Part shown: positions 20,451 to 30,832 of the stretch, piece after piece | Layout of the letters: each line of letters opens with the position of its first letter | Numbering within the stretch: position 1 is the first letter of the stretch | Assembly: GCA_004431415.1 (NCBI GenBank) | Contig: QPMI01000082.1 | Coordinates: 1 to 64,000, forward strand | Origin: Cyanophora paradoxa CCMP329 | Taxonomy: Eukaryota; Plantae; Glaucophyta | Direction: 5' to 3' | DNA length: 64,000 bases | Notes under the pieces: generated by a model | Databases searched by the model: none | Told to the model about the DNA's origin: nothing | The model's input: the letters and a program-made list of their open reading frames with translations, nothing else | Made by a program: the position numbers and the translations under genes

Positions 20451-20983
20451 TTTCGATCGATTTCACGCGTGAAAACGGCACTTTTCGGCCTTTTCCGATT
20501 TTTCCTTTCTCGAGATCGCATTAATGCCCTCGATCTCGAAATCGCGATCGAAAATGGTCGCGATCGTGAGAAAGTCGCGATCACCAGGGTCGCGATCGGC
20601 TCGTGATCGCCGCGATCGCCAGCCTCGGAGGGGGTACCCCACAGCTGTTGCGGCGGTTATAAGAACCTCCGCAATCCAAGCGTCACTTCCGAGTCTCGAG
20701 CTCTCGGAGTTGACTTTTCGCGTTTGGCCCATTGATGGCCCTCCTATATAGATGCATGCGGATGATCAAGCTCCCGTCGACGTCGACGTCTCGTTACGTA
20801 TACGACGCATGATCAAGTTCCCGTCTCGTTACCGTAGTACAATTAGGCAGATTTCGATTTCCTGCAGACCTAGCTAAATTAAAGCTAGCGAGCCGTGTTT
20901 GTCAAAAGTGCAGATCTAGATTTGTCTTATCCGATTATAATTTAAAGAATACATCCAACCTGTAGCTACCCCCCGACCCCCGA

Positions 20984-21889
20984 TCATCTCCTACGCCCCC
21001 GGCGGGGGTCAAGACCCGGCCGCTGTGGGTCGGCCTGCTGTGCCGACCCTCCGATCTCGCGCCTGCAGACAGGGCAAGTTCGGTTGGCGTCGAACCACTG
21101 CGATATGCAGGCCTCGCTGCGGGGGCGGCAGGGTCGGATGAGGCGCGGTACAGGGCCGGGCCGGGCCCCCAGCGGGCGCGCGGGGGGCGCACTGGTAGAT
21201 GTGGTCGCAGGGAAGCTTCATGACGCGCAAGCCAGCCGCCATCCGATCCTTGCACACCTGCGCGCGCTGAGAGCTAGCGGCCGGGCGCGCAGCGCGCGGG
21301 CTCGCCTGGCACTCCTGCGATGACTCGGCGCTCGTAGCGGCGTAGACCGGGAGCCTGGCGCGCTCAGCCTGGCTCACGCCCCGCCGCACGTTCGCCTCAT
21401 CGAGACGGAGCAGCTCCTCGTACGACATCCCCGGCGTCGTCGGCCGCCCTGCGCGTATGGGTCGGGGCCGCAAGACGGACGCAGGGGCCGGCCGCACCGC
21501 CAAAGTGAATTCCGAGGCCGCCGAGAGACGAAAGAATCCTCTCCATGTCAGAGATGAGGCCGGCTGTTTCAATCCCCGATGCTGGTTCCCTCACCCGCGC
21601 CACATGAGGCGAACGCACTGCCCCGGATAGGAGCTCGAGTAAGCGGAGCAGGGCCCAAACCGCAGGCGGGGCAGCACCGGCATGGCGGGAATGGGCGGCT
21701 GGATGATTTGAGAGAGAGGGGAGAGCTGGAAGCGTGGGATGCGTTGATGGAGACGGCGCGCTGCGCGATGGAAGGCTTAGAGCGGGCGCCGAGGCCACTC
21801 TTGAAGAGCGCGGCGTACAGGGAGAACGAGGTCGTGCCGTGCACGTGCTCTTGGAGTTCGTTGAAGCTCATATTCAAGAAATCGTCCAT
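20984..21889 (-). CDS. RING-H2 E3 ubiquitin ligase
   Basis: MSYEELLRLDE; spliced CQVC...LPCDHIYHEACISQWFDANRTCPVCR. Confidence 0.9.
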
Positions 21890-22670
21890 ACTCCTACGGC
21901 CGACTCCGATTATATATAACAATAGCGCAGGCGAGAATATGATTATACGTGCCTGAATGCAGAACCGCCGAAGCTGCTACTTCGCGGCGCCGCGGGCCGG
22001 CCGCTGCTGCTCGCGCCTCCTGCAGGCTCGTACGATGACGTTCGCAATATCCTTTCCGGCGAGCGATGCATGGCCTGTAGGCGGCTGGCCGGGCCGGCGC
22101 TGGGCGGGCCGGGGCGAAGCTTCTAGCTCACTTTTTTTGAAGGAGGGGTACCGATCTCGCAATCGAGTCCAGGCCGATGGCCAGGCGCCGGCGCGCGCAC
22201 CGACAGGCCGGCGCCGCGGTACCGTCGCCGAGTTGGATCCCGGACCGCCGCGGCTTCTGAGTCTAGCGCTATAGCTCACTCTTTTCTGCAGGAGGGCTAC
22301 CGAACTGCAGGCTTGAGGCCACGCGGTACCGGTACGTTTACGTACGTATACTAGTATACGTATACGGTGCGCATATGCATGCGCATATGCATGCGCATAT
22401 GCACGAACATGCGCTACTGCTGCTGATGCGACGCGGCGCATGAGATTGCGCACGCGGCCGCGCGCGCGCGGTCGACGTCGTGCGCGTGCGAAGTCCAATT
22501 CAATTAAGATTAATGATTCGAGGCTTAATTAGTGGCCTCGCGATCGGCCAGGGGGCACATCGGAGCTCGTAAGAGCGAGCCCGGTCCCGGCGAGGTCGTA
22601 AGAGCGAGCTCGAGGGTTCGAGAGGTTGGGGAAAAGTGACGGCCCGCGGCCGCGGTGCGGGGTTTGTGAG

Positions 22671-23892
22671 TCACGATACCGATTGCGAGGACCGGGTGAG
22701 GATGAATATGGAGCCCTGCGCCGGCAAGCGTGTGATAATCGGTGTGGTGCTACGGAGGGGGTTGGGCGCCATAGGATCTTAATAAAAAAGCGCGGGCGGG
22801 ACGTCGACAGGGCGGGGCGGATGCGAGCCTTGTCCCCGCGCCCGATACGCATCTCAGGATCGAGGAACGTAGTGTCGAGCCAGCCTTCGGGGCGGTTCAG
22901 GAGGGGCAGGCGGAGCTCGAAGGGGAGGCATGGGAGCTTGAGGACCGCCGCCTCGAATATGACCCCCACGCGCCGCTCCGAGAGCACCGCGAAGCGCGCG
23001 TCGATTGCAAAGTAGGGAGGGGTCCCAGCCGACCCCCCCGCCCCGAAGGCGAGCTCCACCTTGTTCTGCACCCGGCCTTGCGCCACATCGATCGCCTGGA
23101 AGGCCCGTCCCGTCCTGACGAATTTCTCCCTCTGCATCGCTGTGTCAGCCAGTCACCTTGAGCTCGGCCGTCTGGACGCCGGCCGCGGCTGGTGACGCGT
23201 GCGGCGCACGGCGCTGCAGCTGGCCCGCCGCGCGCGCGCAGCCGCTCCGCGGCATACCGCAGCACCAGTGCGGGGCGGGAAATCACCTTGACCGGGTCAC
23301 TCGCCGAGGCTGGCGAAGTCTCCAGTACTTTCTGGCCCAGCGGCCGCTGCGGCCGCTCCTCCCCGCTCGCGCTCCAAGAGTCGCGCCCGCCGTCCAGAAG
23401 CGCGGGACCCGTGTAGATTAAGTCCCACAGCCCGTCCAGGAGCTCCGCTCCTTCCTTTGTTGGCCTGCAGTCGGATTGTGCTTACTAGTACGCGTATTTG
23501 CCGCGCTGCACGCGGCCAGCATACCGTGGCGTAGGATTCGACCCCTCAAGCCTGTCCACAAGAAATTGGATTTCTCGCCTTTCAGCAGGCGAGACGCGCT
23601 TGCCGCGCTCTGTCGACGAAGCGATATGGATGAGCCGCTGCTTGTCCACCGGCGACGCTGACTGCGCTCCAGCGCGTGCTACGAGTGGGGCTGCGAACAT
23701 TGCTGGAGCGGGACGTGTGCTGCAGTGCCCGCGTTTAGCGGCACCGCCTTCGCCAGCCGGAATCGGACCCGCGGGTCGAAAAAGAGGCTGCGAGGACCAG
23801 CGAGGATCTGCAACAACCAGCGGGGACCTGCGAGGGCAGCGAGGACCTGCGAGGACGCAGCGAGGACCTGCGAGGTCGGTGGAGGGGTACAC
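22671..23892 (-). CDS. Plastid lipid-associated protein / fibrillin; start uncertain
   Basis: RGKRVSPAERREIQFLVDRLEGSNPTP, QAIDVAQGRVQNKVEL, GWLDTTFLDPEMRIGRGDK|GSIFIL. Confidence 0.88.
23790..23877 (+). repeat. Degenerate ~10-bp tandem repeat GCGAGGACCT
   Basis: About 9 imperfect copies. Confidence 0.75.
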
Positions 23893-24062
23893 TCGCTTTT
23901 TAGTGCGAAGCGGTCAGCTTCCTAGCCGAGCTTCCGGCATCGTGAGCCCCGCGGAGGGGTCGTAACGTCGTAGAGTGTCCTTTTTTCTGCTTAAGCACCC
24001 GCTTGCGAGCCCTTCACAATCGCCGGCGAGAATCGCCGCGGCCGGACCTGCCCCAAGACAAG

Positions 24063-25655
24063 ATGCATCTACCTGAACCCGAACCCGTCTCGATCTCTTC
24101 GCTGCCCTCGGAACTGCTGCTGCACGTCTTCTCGTTTCTCGACACCCAGGCCTTCGGGCGGTGTTGCTGTGTCTGCAAGCAATGGAAGGGTTTGGCACTG
24201 GAGTCGAATTTCTGGGAGATCCAGTGCAGGAAGGCGCGCCAGGCCATCTCCTCTGCTGGCCTCGTATCTCTGAACACGGCTGCAGATATGGGCGGACTGC
24301 AGTCCAGCTGCTCTCAAAGCCCACAACGGCAGCTGGAGAGACATGCTTGGCCGCCGCCCCCGCCTGTCTCGCGTTGGGTGCGTCACCCTCAGCTTTTGTG
24401 GGTCGTTGGGGCAGTGGCCGACAAGCCGCCCTGCAGCTATGCGACCGACCGAGGTCGCCGAGACGAGAACAAAGACAGCTACCAGGTTATGGAGTTCCAC
24501 GGTGTCTTTGGCATATTCCACGGTCATGGGGACTACGGCGCCATCGCCTCGGAGTTCGTAGCTCAGAAGCTGCCGATCTACCTCCAAAACGAGCCTGAGC
24601 TCACTGCCCCAGGTTCGCGGACTGGCCCCTTCCTGCGAATGCGTTGACGCGGCTAACGTTGCTCTGCCCCCCAGGCGACCTCGAGAAGGCGGTCATCCAA
24701 GCTTTTCGCGGCGTCGAGGCCGAATTCTCGCGACGCCCGAAGGCAGAGACGGACACCAGTGGCACGTCAGCCCTGGCGGTGGTGTTCCGGGACCGCGAGG
24801 TCGTCATCGCGAACGTCGGCGGCTCGGAAGCCGTCCTCGGCCGGGCGCGCCCTCCTAACGCGAGTGCCGCGACTGGCAACAGTGGAGGGGCCGCGGGCAG
24901 TAGCGTTACGGGCGGCGGGAGCAGCGCCGCGGCTGCGAGTGGTAGCAGCAAGGCGGCGGAGATGGTCTACGAGACCGTGCAACTTTCGCACTCGCACCTC
25001 ACCTATGTCCGCCCCGACGAGCGCGAGCGGTTCGATGAGTTTTCATGTATCCGCGGTCTTGAGTTGTTTGACCGCTTTCCTGTCGCAGTGTGCGCCAGGC
25101 GGGCGGGCGAGTGGAGAACGACTACGTTCACCCGATGTACAGCGCAGGCTACGGTCTCGTGCTCACGCGCTCCATTGGTGATGAGATCCTGAAGCCTTGG
25201 GGGGTCACTGCGGAGCCTGAGGTGCGGCTCGGCGCTGCCCGGGTGCGCGGGCGGGGCGCGGGGTCGGTGCTGAGGGCACGGGGCGGGCAGCTGTGGCGGC
25301 ACACGTGGAAGGCGGAGGACAAGTTCATCATCATGGCGACGCGGGAGCTCTGGAAGTTCGTCTTCGCGACGGACGCGGTGGATATCGTGCGGCGCTCGCG
25401 GCACCCGAAGGAGGCGGCGGAGGCCCTTGTGCGCGAGGCCCGCGGGCTCGGCGCCCCCGGCAACATCACCGCCATCGTCATCGAGCCCTACTCTCCCGCC
25501 TCGATGGTCGCCCGCGCCTCTCGCGCCCCGCCTCGCCCCTCTCACGCGCGCCGCAGTGCGCCGCCCGCGAGGCCCGCGAGCTCCCCACGGCGCGGGAAGC
25601 GCGAGATCTTAGCACTGCTCGCAAGTCGGCGGCGGGTCCGAGCACCCAATGCTGA
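24063..25655 (+). CDS. F-box protein fused to a degenerate PP2C/PPM domain
   Basis: ISSLPSELLLHVFSFL..CVCKQW; GIFHGHG, SGTSA, IANVGGS, LTRSIGD, GVTAEPE, GNITAIVI. Confidence 0.88.
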
Positions 25656-25951
25656 ATCGTGCTTCATCTCTATCGCTGCATCCGATTTCCCACCGGCCCA
25701 ACGTTCACTCCCTCCTGGGCAGCCCTCTCCCTTTCTGTCGATCTGCCCGTCTCTCTCCTTTTCTCTTACATTCTTTTCTGCACCCTGCTGTCTCCTCTTC
25801 CGTCCCTTATCGCGCGTTTCCCTCGCACGCGTTCGTTCGGCATCAAGTAGTTGTACTCTCTGGTATGAATATCCTCGTATATAGTCCGCCTACGTTTAGA
25901 TTGTGCGCGTAGTTCTGTAGGTGCCCCAAACCAATTCTTGCCTACTAGGCT

Positions 25952-25971
25952 ATGGATCCAGACGTCGACCT

Positions 25972-26002
<31 letters not shown>

Positions 26003-26549
26003 GTTCGCTGCCGAGCCTCGCCGGCGCCGCGGCCGCGCCTGGCCTCAAAAGCGTGGAAGTGTTAAGCGCTTATAATTAGCCGGCAGTCGGCGTCTACATG
26101 GCGAACTCTGCTGGCCCGTCGTCGGCAGCGGAGTTGCTGTCAGAAGGATTCCTCGCGAACTACACTCCAGTGCTCGACACCGTTGAGCGGCAGCTGCATG
26201 AAGTAATGTGCGCAGCGCCATGCGGATAGCGCTGCCCGCTTGCCGTGTTTGACGCAGCGACAGGGAGAGCCAACGCAAGCTCCTTGCCGAGTTCCAGGAG
26301 GAGAACACGAGGCCGATTCCCATTCACGTCTTGCAACAAATACACGAATCGGTCCGCACCGCGCGCTCCGGGAGTTCGATGCAGCGCGCTGACCGCATGC
26401 AGGTGGCGGCGACGTGGACCTACTCGCGCAAGATCGCCGCGCTGCGCGAGGAGATGATGCGGGCGCAGGAGCGCGCAGACATTCTGATGAGGCGCACGGT
26501 GAAACTTCGGAGGCGCGCGGCAGAAGCGGCGGCGAACCCCGCCAGCTGA
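25952..26549 (+). CDS. BLOC1S6: BLOC-1 subunit 6 (pallidin)-like; start uncertain
   Basis: LSEGFLANYTPVL...SQRKLLAEFQEEN and YSRKIAALREEM...LMRRTVKL match the pallidin/snapin pattern. Confidence 0.7.
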
Positions 26550-27326
26550 TGCTCTCGTTCTCATTCTCTGTACGTGCAATGCAGTCCTGGAGAACGTTTG
26601 CCCCTCAATCGGGTCCGCGCGCTGCTAGGACTACCGTAGTACAGGCGCCGCTTTTTCCTCGGGGGCGGGGCTGCCGAGGACCCGGACGTCTCCGGCGCAG
26701 GGCTTGAGCCGGGCGAGCTGATCCCGGCTAACGGCTTGCTATATATATGCCATGATGGCCAACGCGTACGCGTACGGCTGCAATCGACCCGACGGCCGGC
26801 TAGCAATGCCACTCATGATCAGCGACTTTTGCTCGTACAACGTTAACGGTACTCGCCGAGTCGGCCCAGTACTGCGCATGCGCACTGCGGCATGCCGGGC
26901 CGCATGCGCAGTGCATGTGCGCATGCCGCCCGGCGAGCCTCGGAGCTCGAGTCGCCTGCCACGGTCACCGGTTGCATGCGCATGCGCACTGCCGCAGTGC
27001 AGCTGCAGCGCTAGCTGGTGCACGTACAGCGCTAGCGCAGCCGCCGAGCTCGCGGATCAAGAGTTCCTAATTACAACTATACACATATGAACGGTAAATC
27101 TCAAGCGTCAGGCTATGACTGCGCCTGCGCGTCGCGTATGCTAATTTTCGACAACGCCTTTCATCTTACGAAAAATATTCAAGTACAACGCGAGGTCCAA
27201 AAGTAAACAGGTCTAGATCTATCGGGATCGCGAGATTCTGCACGTTATGGCCTGTGCTTCGAGCCAGGTACCAATTGCAACCTTTCGACCAGTTTAATAG
27301 ACCGATGATCTTGATTTAGAACGAAG

Positions 27327-29275
27327 TCAAGCGGCGGCGCCGGCCGCGGCCTGGGCCGGGGTGGTTGACGCGGTGGCCTGGTGGTGCGGGTGGGGGCGTG
27401 AGGGCCGCGGGCAAGGTGGGCGCTGCGGGACCAGCGCGGGGCGCACGTCGGAGGCGGGCTTGGGGGCGGGGTCGCCCTTGCGGGTCATCATCTTGGCGTA
27501 GAGGGCCTTCTCCTTCTCGCGGTACTCCTTCTCCGCCGCCACGATCCGCCCGTGCTCCGCCCGCAGCTCCGCGTTCCCGGGCTGCAGCTTGATGGCCCTC
27601 CCGCACTCCTCTTTCGCCCGCCCGAATTCCCCCAGCTGCACAAGGGTCAGAGGGGCGCCAGGGCGGGGAGGGCGGGGGTCGGGGCGGGCCATGAGGAGGG
27701 CCTGGGCGCGGCGGAAGAGGGCCTTGACGTTCTCCTTGTCCTCCTCGAGGGCCTTGCCGCACGCCGTCTCCGCCTCCTTCGCCTCCCCGAGCTTCAGGCG
27801 CGCCTGCGCCAGGTTGAGGCACGCCGACACCTGCCGCCCGCGTCATCGCCGCGCGCGCGGCCCGGCGGGGGCGCCTGACGCGCCTTGATCTCCCGGATCT
27901 TGGCCTTTTGCTCGTCCGTCGCGCTCGATGGCAGGTACGAGAAGAGTTCCAGGCACTGCCAGTATGGCCAGGGTCAGCGACGTAAACCGCGCATTCGAGA
28001 GAGGGGGGGGGGGGGGGGGGGGGGGAGAGGGGGAAGGGGGGGGGGAAGAGGTGAAGGGGGGTGGGGGTTCTGGTGTGCGTGTGTGTGGGGGGGGGACTAG
28101 GGGAAGAGGTGGCGTGTCGGTGGGATGCGCACGGCATCATACTTCTTGGCGCTGCGCGGCGTCGTCAGCAGGAGGAGCAAGCCGCGGGGCCGGGGGCGCG
28201 CTTACGCGGTTGCGTAGTCGGCGCGCTTGTAGAAATCGTTGCCGCGCTCCTTCCGCTTCACGCCGGCCTCGAGCTTCTCCGCGACATCCATCTCCCACGA
28301 CTCCTTCTCCCACCCGGGCTCCGCGTTCTCGAAGCCCGTGAGCTCCACGTCGTACGTCGTCGTCTCCTGCATGGCGCCACCCGCACGTCAGGTCACAGAG
28401 AGACCATAGCGCGCGTTGTTCGGAGCCAAGGGTCCCCTAGCAAGAAGCGCGCCGCACCGTCTCAGGAATGTCGCCGCTGGTCCGCCGCCAGTTGCGGATT
28501 GGGTACTCCTTCACCTGGGCCCTGCGCAACCCCGCCGTCGGTCCGGCTGGGCAACATACGATAATCCGCGCACGCGCACGCGCAAGCGGTCGGCCGCGCG
28601 GACGTACTTACCCGAACTCCGGGCTGCAAACGAATCGCGCCTTCTCCCCTGCCCGCATTGTCGCGATGCCTTCCTCCCAGCCTTTGATCACACGTCCCTA
28701 GAGGAGGATAGATGTCCTGTCGGTTCGGGTGGGATCGAGAAGATTCCAGATCGGAAAGCGGAACCTTGGAAAGCTTGAACTCGTACGGCTTGCCGTCTTC
28801 ATTGCTATCGAAGTGAGTGCCATCCTCACGGTACGCTGCGCGCGCGCGCCGGCACGTCAGCCTGCAGCTGGGAGCGGCGGCCGCGGCACGGTTCGGCTGA
28901 GCTTCGAATTTGAGGGCCGAGCACAGAAATCGAAAATTGCGAGGCAAAATCAAACCCAGTACAGCACACCGTCAAAGCGAACGAAGCACTTGGCGTACGC
29001 TTCCGGCTTCGCTTCGTCTATATCTGACTCCTTTAGCACGAACTTGGTCTGCATATCGCGCGTCAGCAGGCGGCATATCCGGACGAGCGCGTAGTATCAA
29101 TGCGCACCAGGCCCGGTGCGAGCTCGACGGCCTTGGACTTGTCGACGTTCTCCCAGCTGAGAGGGGGCTTCGACTCCTTCATGGAATCCGCGGCGGGCTC
29201 ACCGTCGTCGACCTCATCCATGCTGACGTCGTCGGCAATGGGCTCTGCAACCTTCGGCGCGTCGGCGTCCGCCAT
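27327..29275 (-). CDS. FKBP-type peptidyl-prolyl isomerase with TPR domain
   Basis: DGTHFDS, VIKGWEEGIATMRAGEKARF, YDVEL, KERGNDFYK, LNLAQARLKL, NVKALFRRAQA. Confidence 0.92.
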
Positions 29276-29459
29276 TGCTTGCGGTGCTGGGACTGGTGTT
29301 GGATGGCGGCGGAGCGCTCAAATTCGAATGCGCGAAATGCGCGGCGCGGCGCGAATTTATAGGCGGGGTGGGAATTCGAAGCTGCACGAAGCTTCGATGC
29401 GAGGAAGTCTACCCCCTTCGTACTGTACTATGCGCAACATGTACCCGTGAACGAAAAAA

Positions 29460-30386
29460 ATGAACATCGCGCCCATCAATTACATCAAGCTCGGGCGCGC
29501 GGGGCCCAAGCAGAGGAGGGAAGCGCTCGCCGCGCTCCTTCCCCCAGGGCATCGTCTCTTGCCCGCGCCCGGCCTCCCCGCTCGGTCGGCCCCGCCCGGC
29601 AGCGACGCGTCGGACGAGCTCGTTGTGCGCCATGTGCTTCACGAGTGGGCGCATCGTTGGGCGCTCGCGCACGGCGCCGGCCATGTCCTGCAGATCCTGC
29701 GGATCTTGCACGACAACCCTGTGGACGGCGACAAGGACCTGTTCGGCAAAGATCGAAAGCGCCCGGGTGCATGCTTCTTTCGCGTTTATCCTGCTCGCAG
29801 ACTTCCTGAGCACTTCGTCGCAGACTTCCTGATTGAGTTCGAGCACTTCGTCGTTGTGGTGGAGGTGGACGAGCGGGGCCACGGGCGCACCAACGCCTTC
29901 GCTCGACGCTTCCTGAGTGCCGCGCTCCGCTACAGGCGCTCCGCGGAGGACGCCCGGATGCTCAAGATCTACGAGCAGATCCTCGAGGTTCGTCAGATCC
30001 TCGAGGTTGAGCAGCCTCTGATGCGAGCATGCGCAGATCTACGGGAAGCCAACAAAGTTCATTCGACTCGCAACGCCCGACTCGCAGTCCCAACGCCCCA
30101 ACACGGCGACTCTCCTCAGTTCTCTCGAGCGCGTCGTGGCAGACGGAACACCCACGGAGCGCGAGTGGCGGAGCGCGAGCGCGAGCGCGCGCTGCGGTGG
30201 CGGTGGCGGTGGCGGAGCGCGAGCGCGGTGGCGGAGCGCGAGCGCGAGCGCGCGCTGCGCGCGGCGGCGGAGCGCGAGGCGCGCGGGCGGCCAGGGGTGA
30301 TCCGCCGGGTCCCGGACTCCCATCGGGGCTCGCTTAGTCGCGGTAGACCTGTGGATCCTTCCTATTGGAAACGGAAATCTCGTTGA
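29460..30386 (+). CDS. PD-(D/E)XK-like endonuclease of the type common in large DNA viruses; contains introns, end approximate
   Basis: After removing GT-AG introns: KRPDFLIEFEHFVVVVEVDERGH...EDARM...YGKPTKFIRLATPD. Confidence 0.7.
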   Translation: MNIAPINYIKLGRAGPKQRREALAALLPPGHRLLPAPGLPARSAPPGSDASDELVVRHVLHEWAHRWALAHGAGHVLQILRILHDNPVDGDKDLFGKDRKRPGACFFRVYPARRLPEHFVADFLIEFEHFVVVVEVDERGHGRTNAFARRFLSAALRYRRSAEDARMLKIYEQILEVRQILEVEQPLMRACADLREANKVHSTRNARLAVPTPQHGDSPQFSRARRGRRNTHGARVAERERERALRWRWRWRSASAVAERERERALRAAAEREARGRPGVIRRVPDSHRGSLSRGRPVDPSYWKRKSR

Positions 30387-30832
30387 CGGAAAATCCTTCC
30401 TCTGCAGCTGTCTGTGTCTGTGCTGGGGGGGCAACCACGGGCGATGCCTTTCGCGATGCCTCGAGGCGATGTCTCCTCTAGATCTCTCCTCTCGCGAGGC
30501 GATGCCTTCTCCTCAAGATCTCTCCACTCGAGGCGATGCGCAAGCGCCGGGACAAGCGCCGGGGGGGGGGAAGAAACTCCGGGGTACTGCGACACCGCCT
30601 GTAGCGTGTTGGCGCCGGCGTGGTGCGCGTGAAAGAGAAAAAAAGAAAGCAGCCCTCTTGCTTGCAAGCCGCAACGCGCAGCAGAGACCGCGCTGGCGCA
30701 GCAGCACCAGCCCGCGCAGCCCCAGCCCGCGCAGCACCACAGCAGCGGCCCCGGCCCGCGACGCGCGCGGCCGTCGGGGGCTATCGGCCTCGGCCCTGAG
30801 CTTCCTCGTCAACCAAACGATACGCTGGCAAG

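Larger units (their letters stand above)
1..20750. mobile_element. Endogenous viral element, small Nucleocytoviricota relative (mriyavirus-like); left end outside window, right end approximate
   Basis: Dense, nearly intron-free genes including A32 ATPase, VLTF3, HUH endonuclease, penton-like and fibre genes; shared upstream motif; abrupt switch to intron-rich host genes after ~20.9 kb. Confidence 0.85.

Noticed and set aside
1-20750. Polinton/Maverick or virophage call
   Set aside because: No pPolB, rve integrase or adenain protease was recognised, and VLTF3 plus HUH fit mriyavirus-like viruses better. The unseen left part could change this.
25972-26001. Long poly-G/C tracts (also ~28003, 36345, 48497, 50720, 57393) as a functional system
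   Set aside because: Mostly intronic homopolymers whose lengths are unreliable in this assembly.
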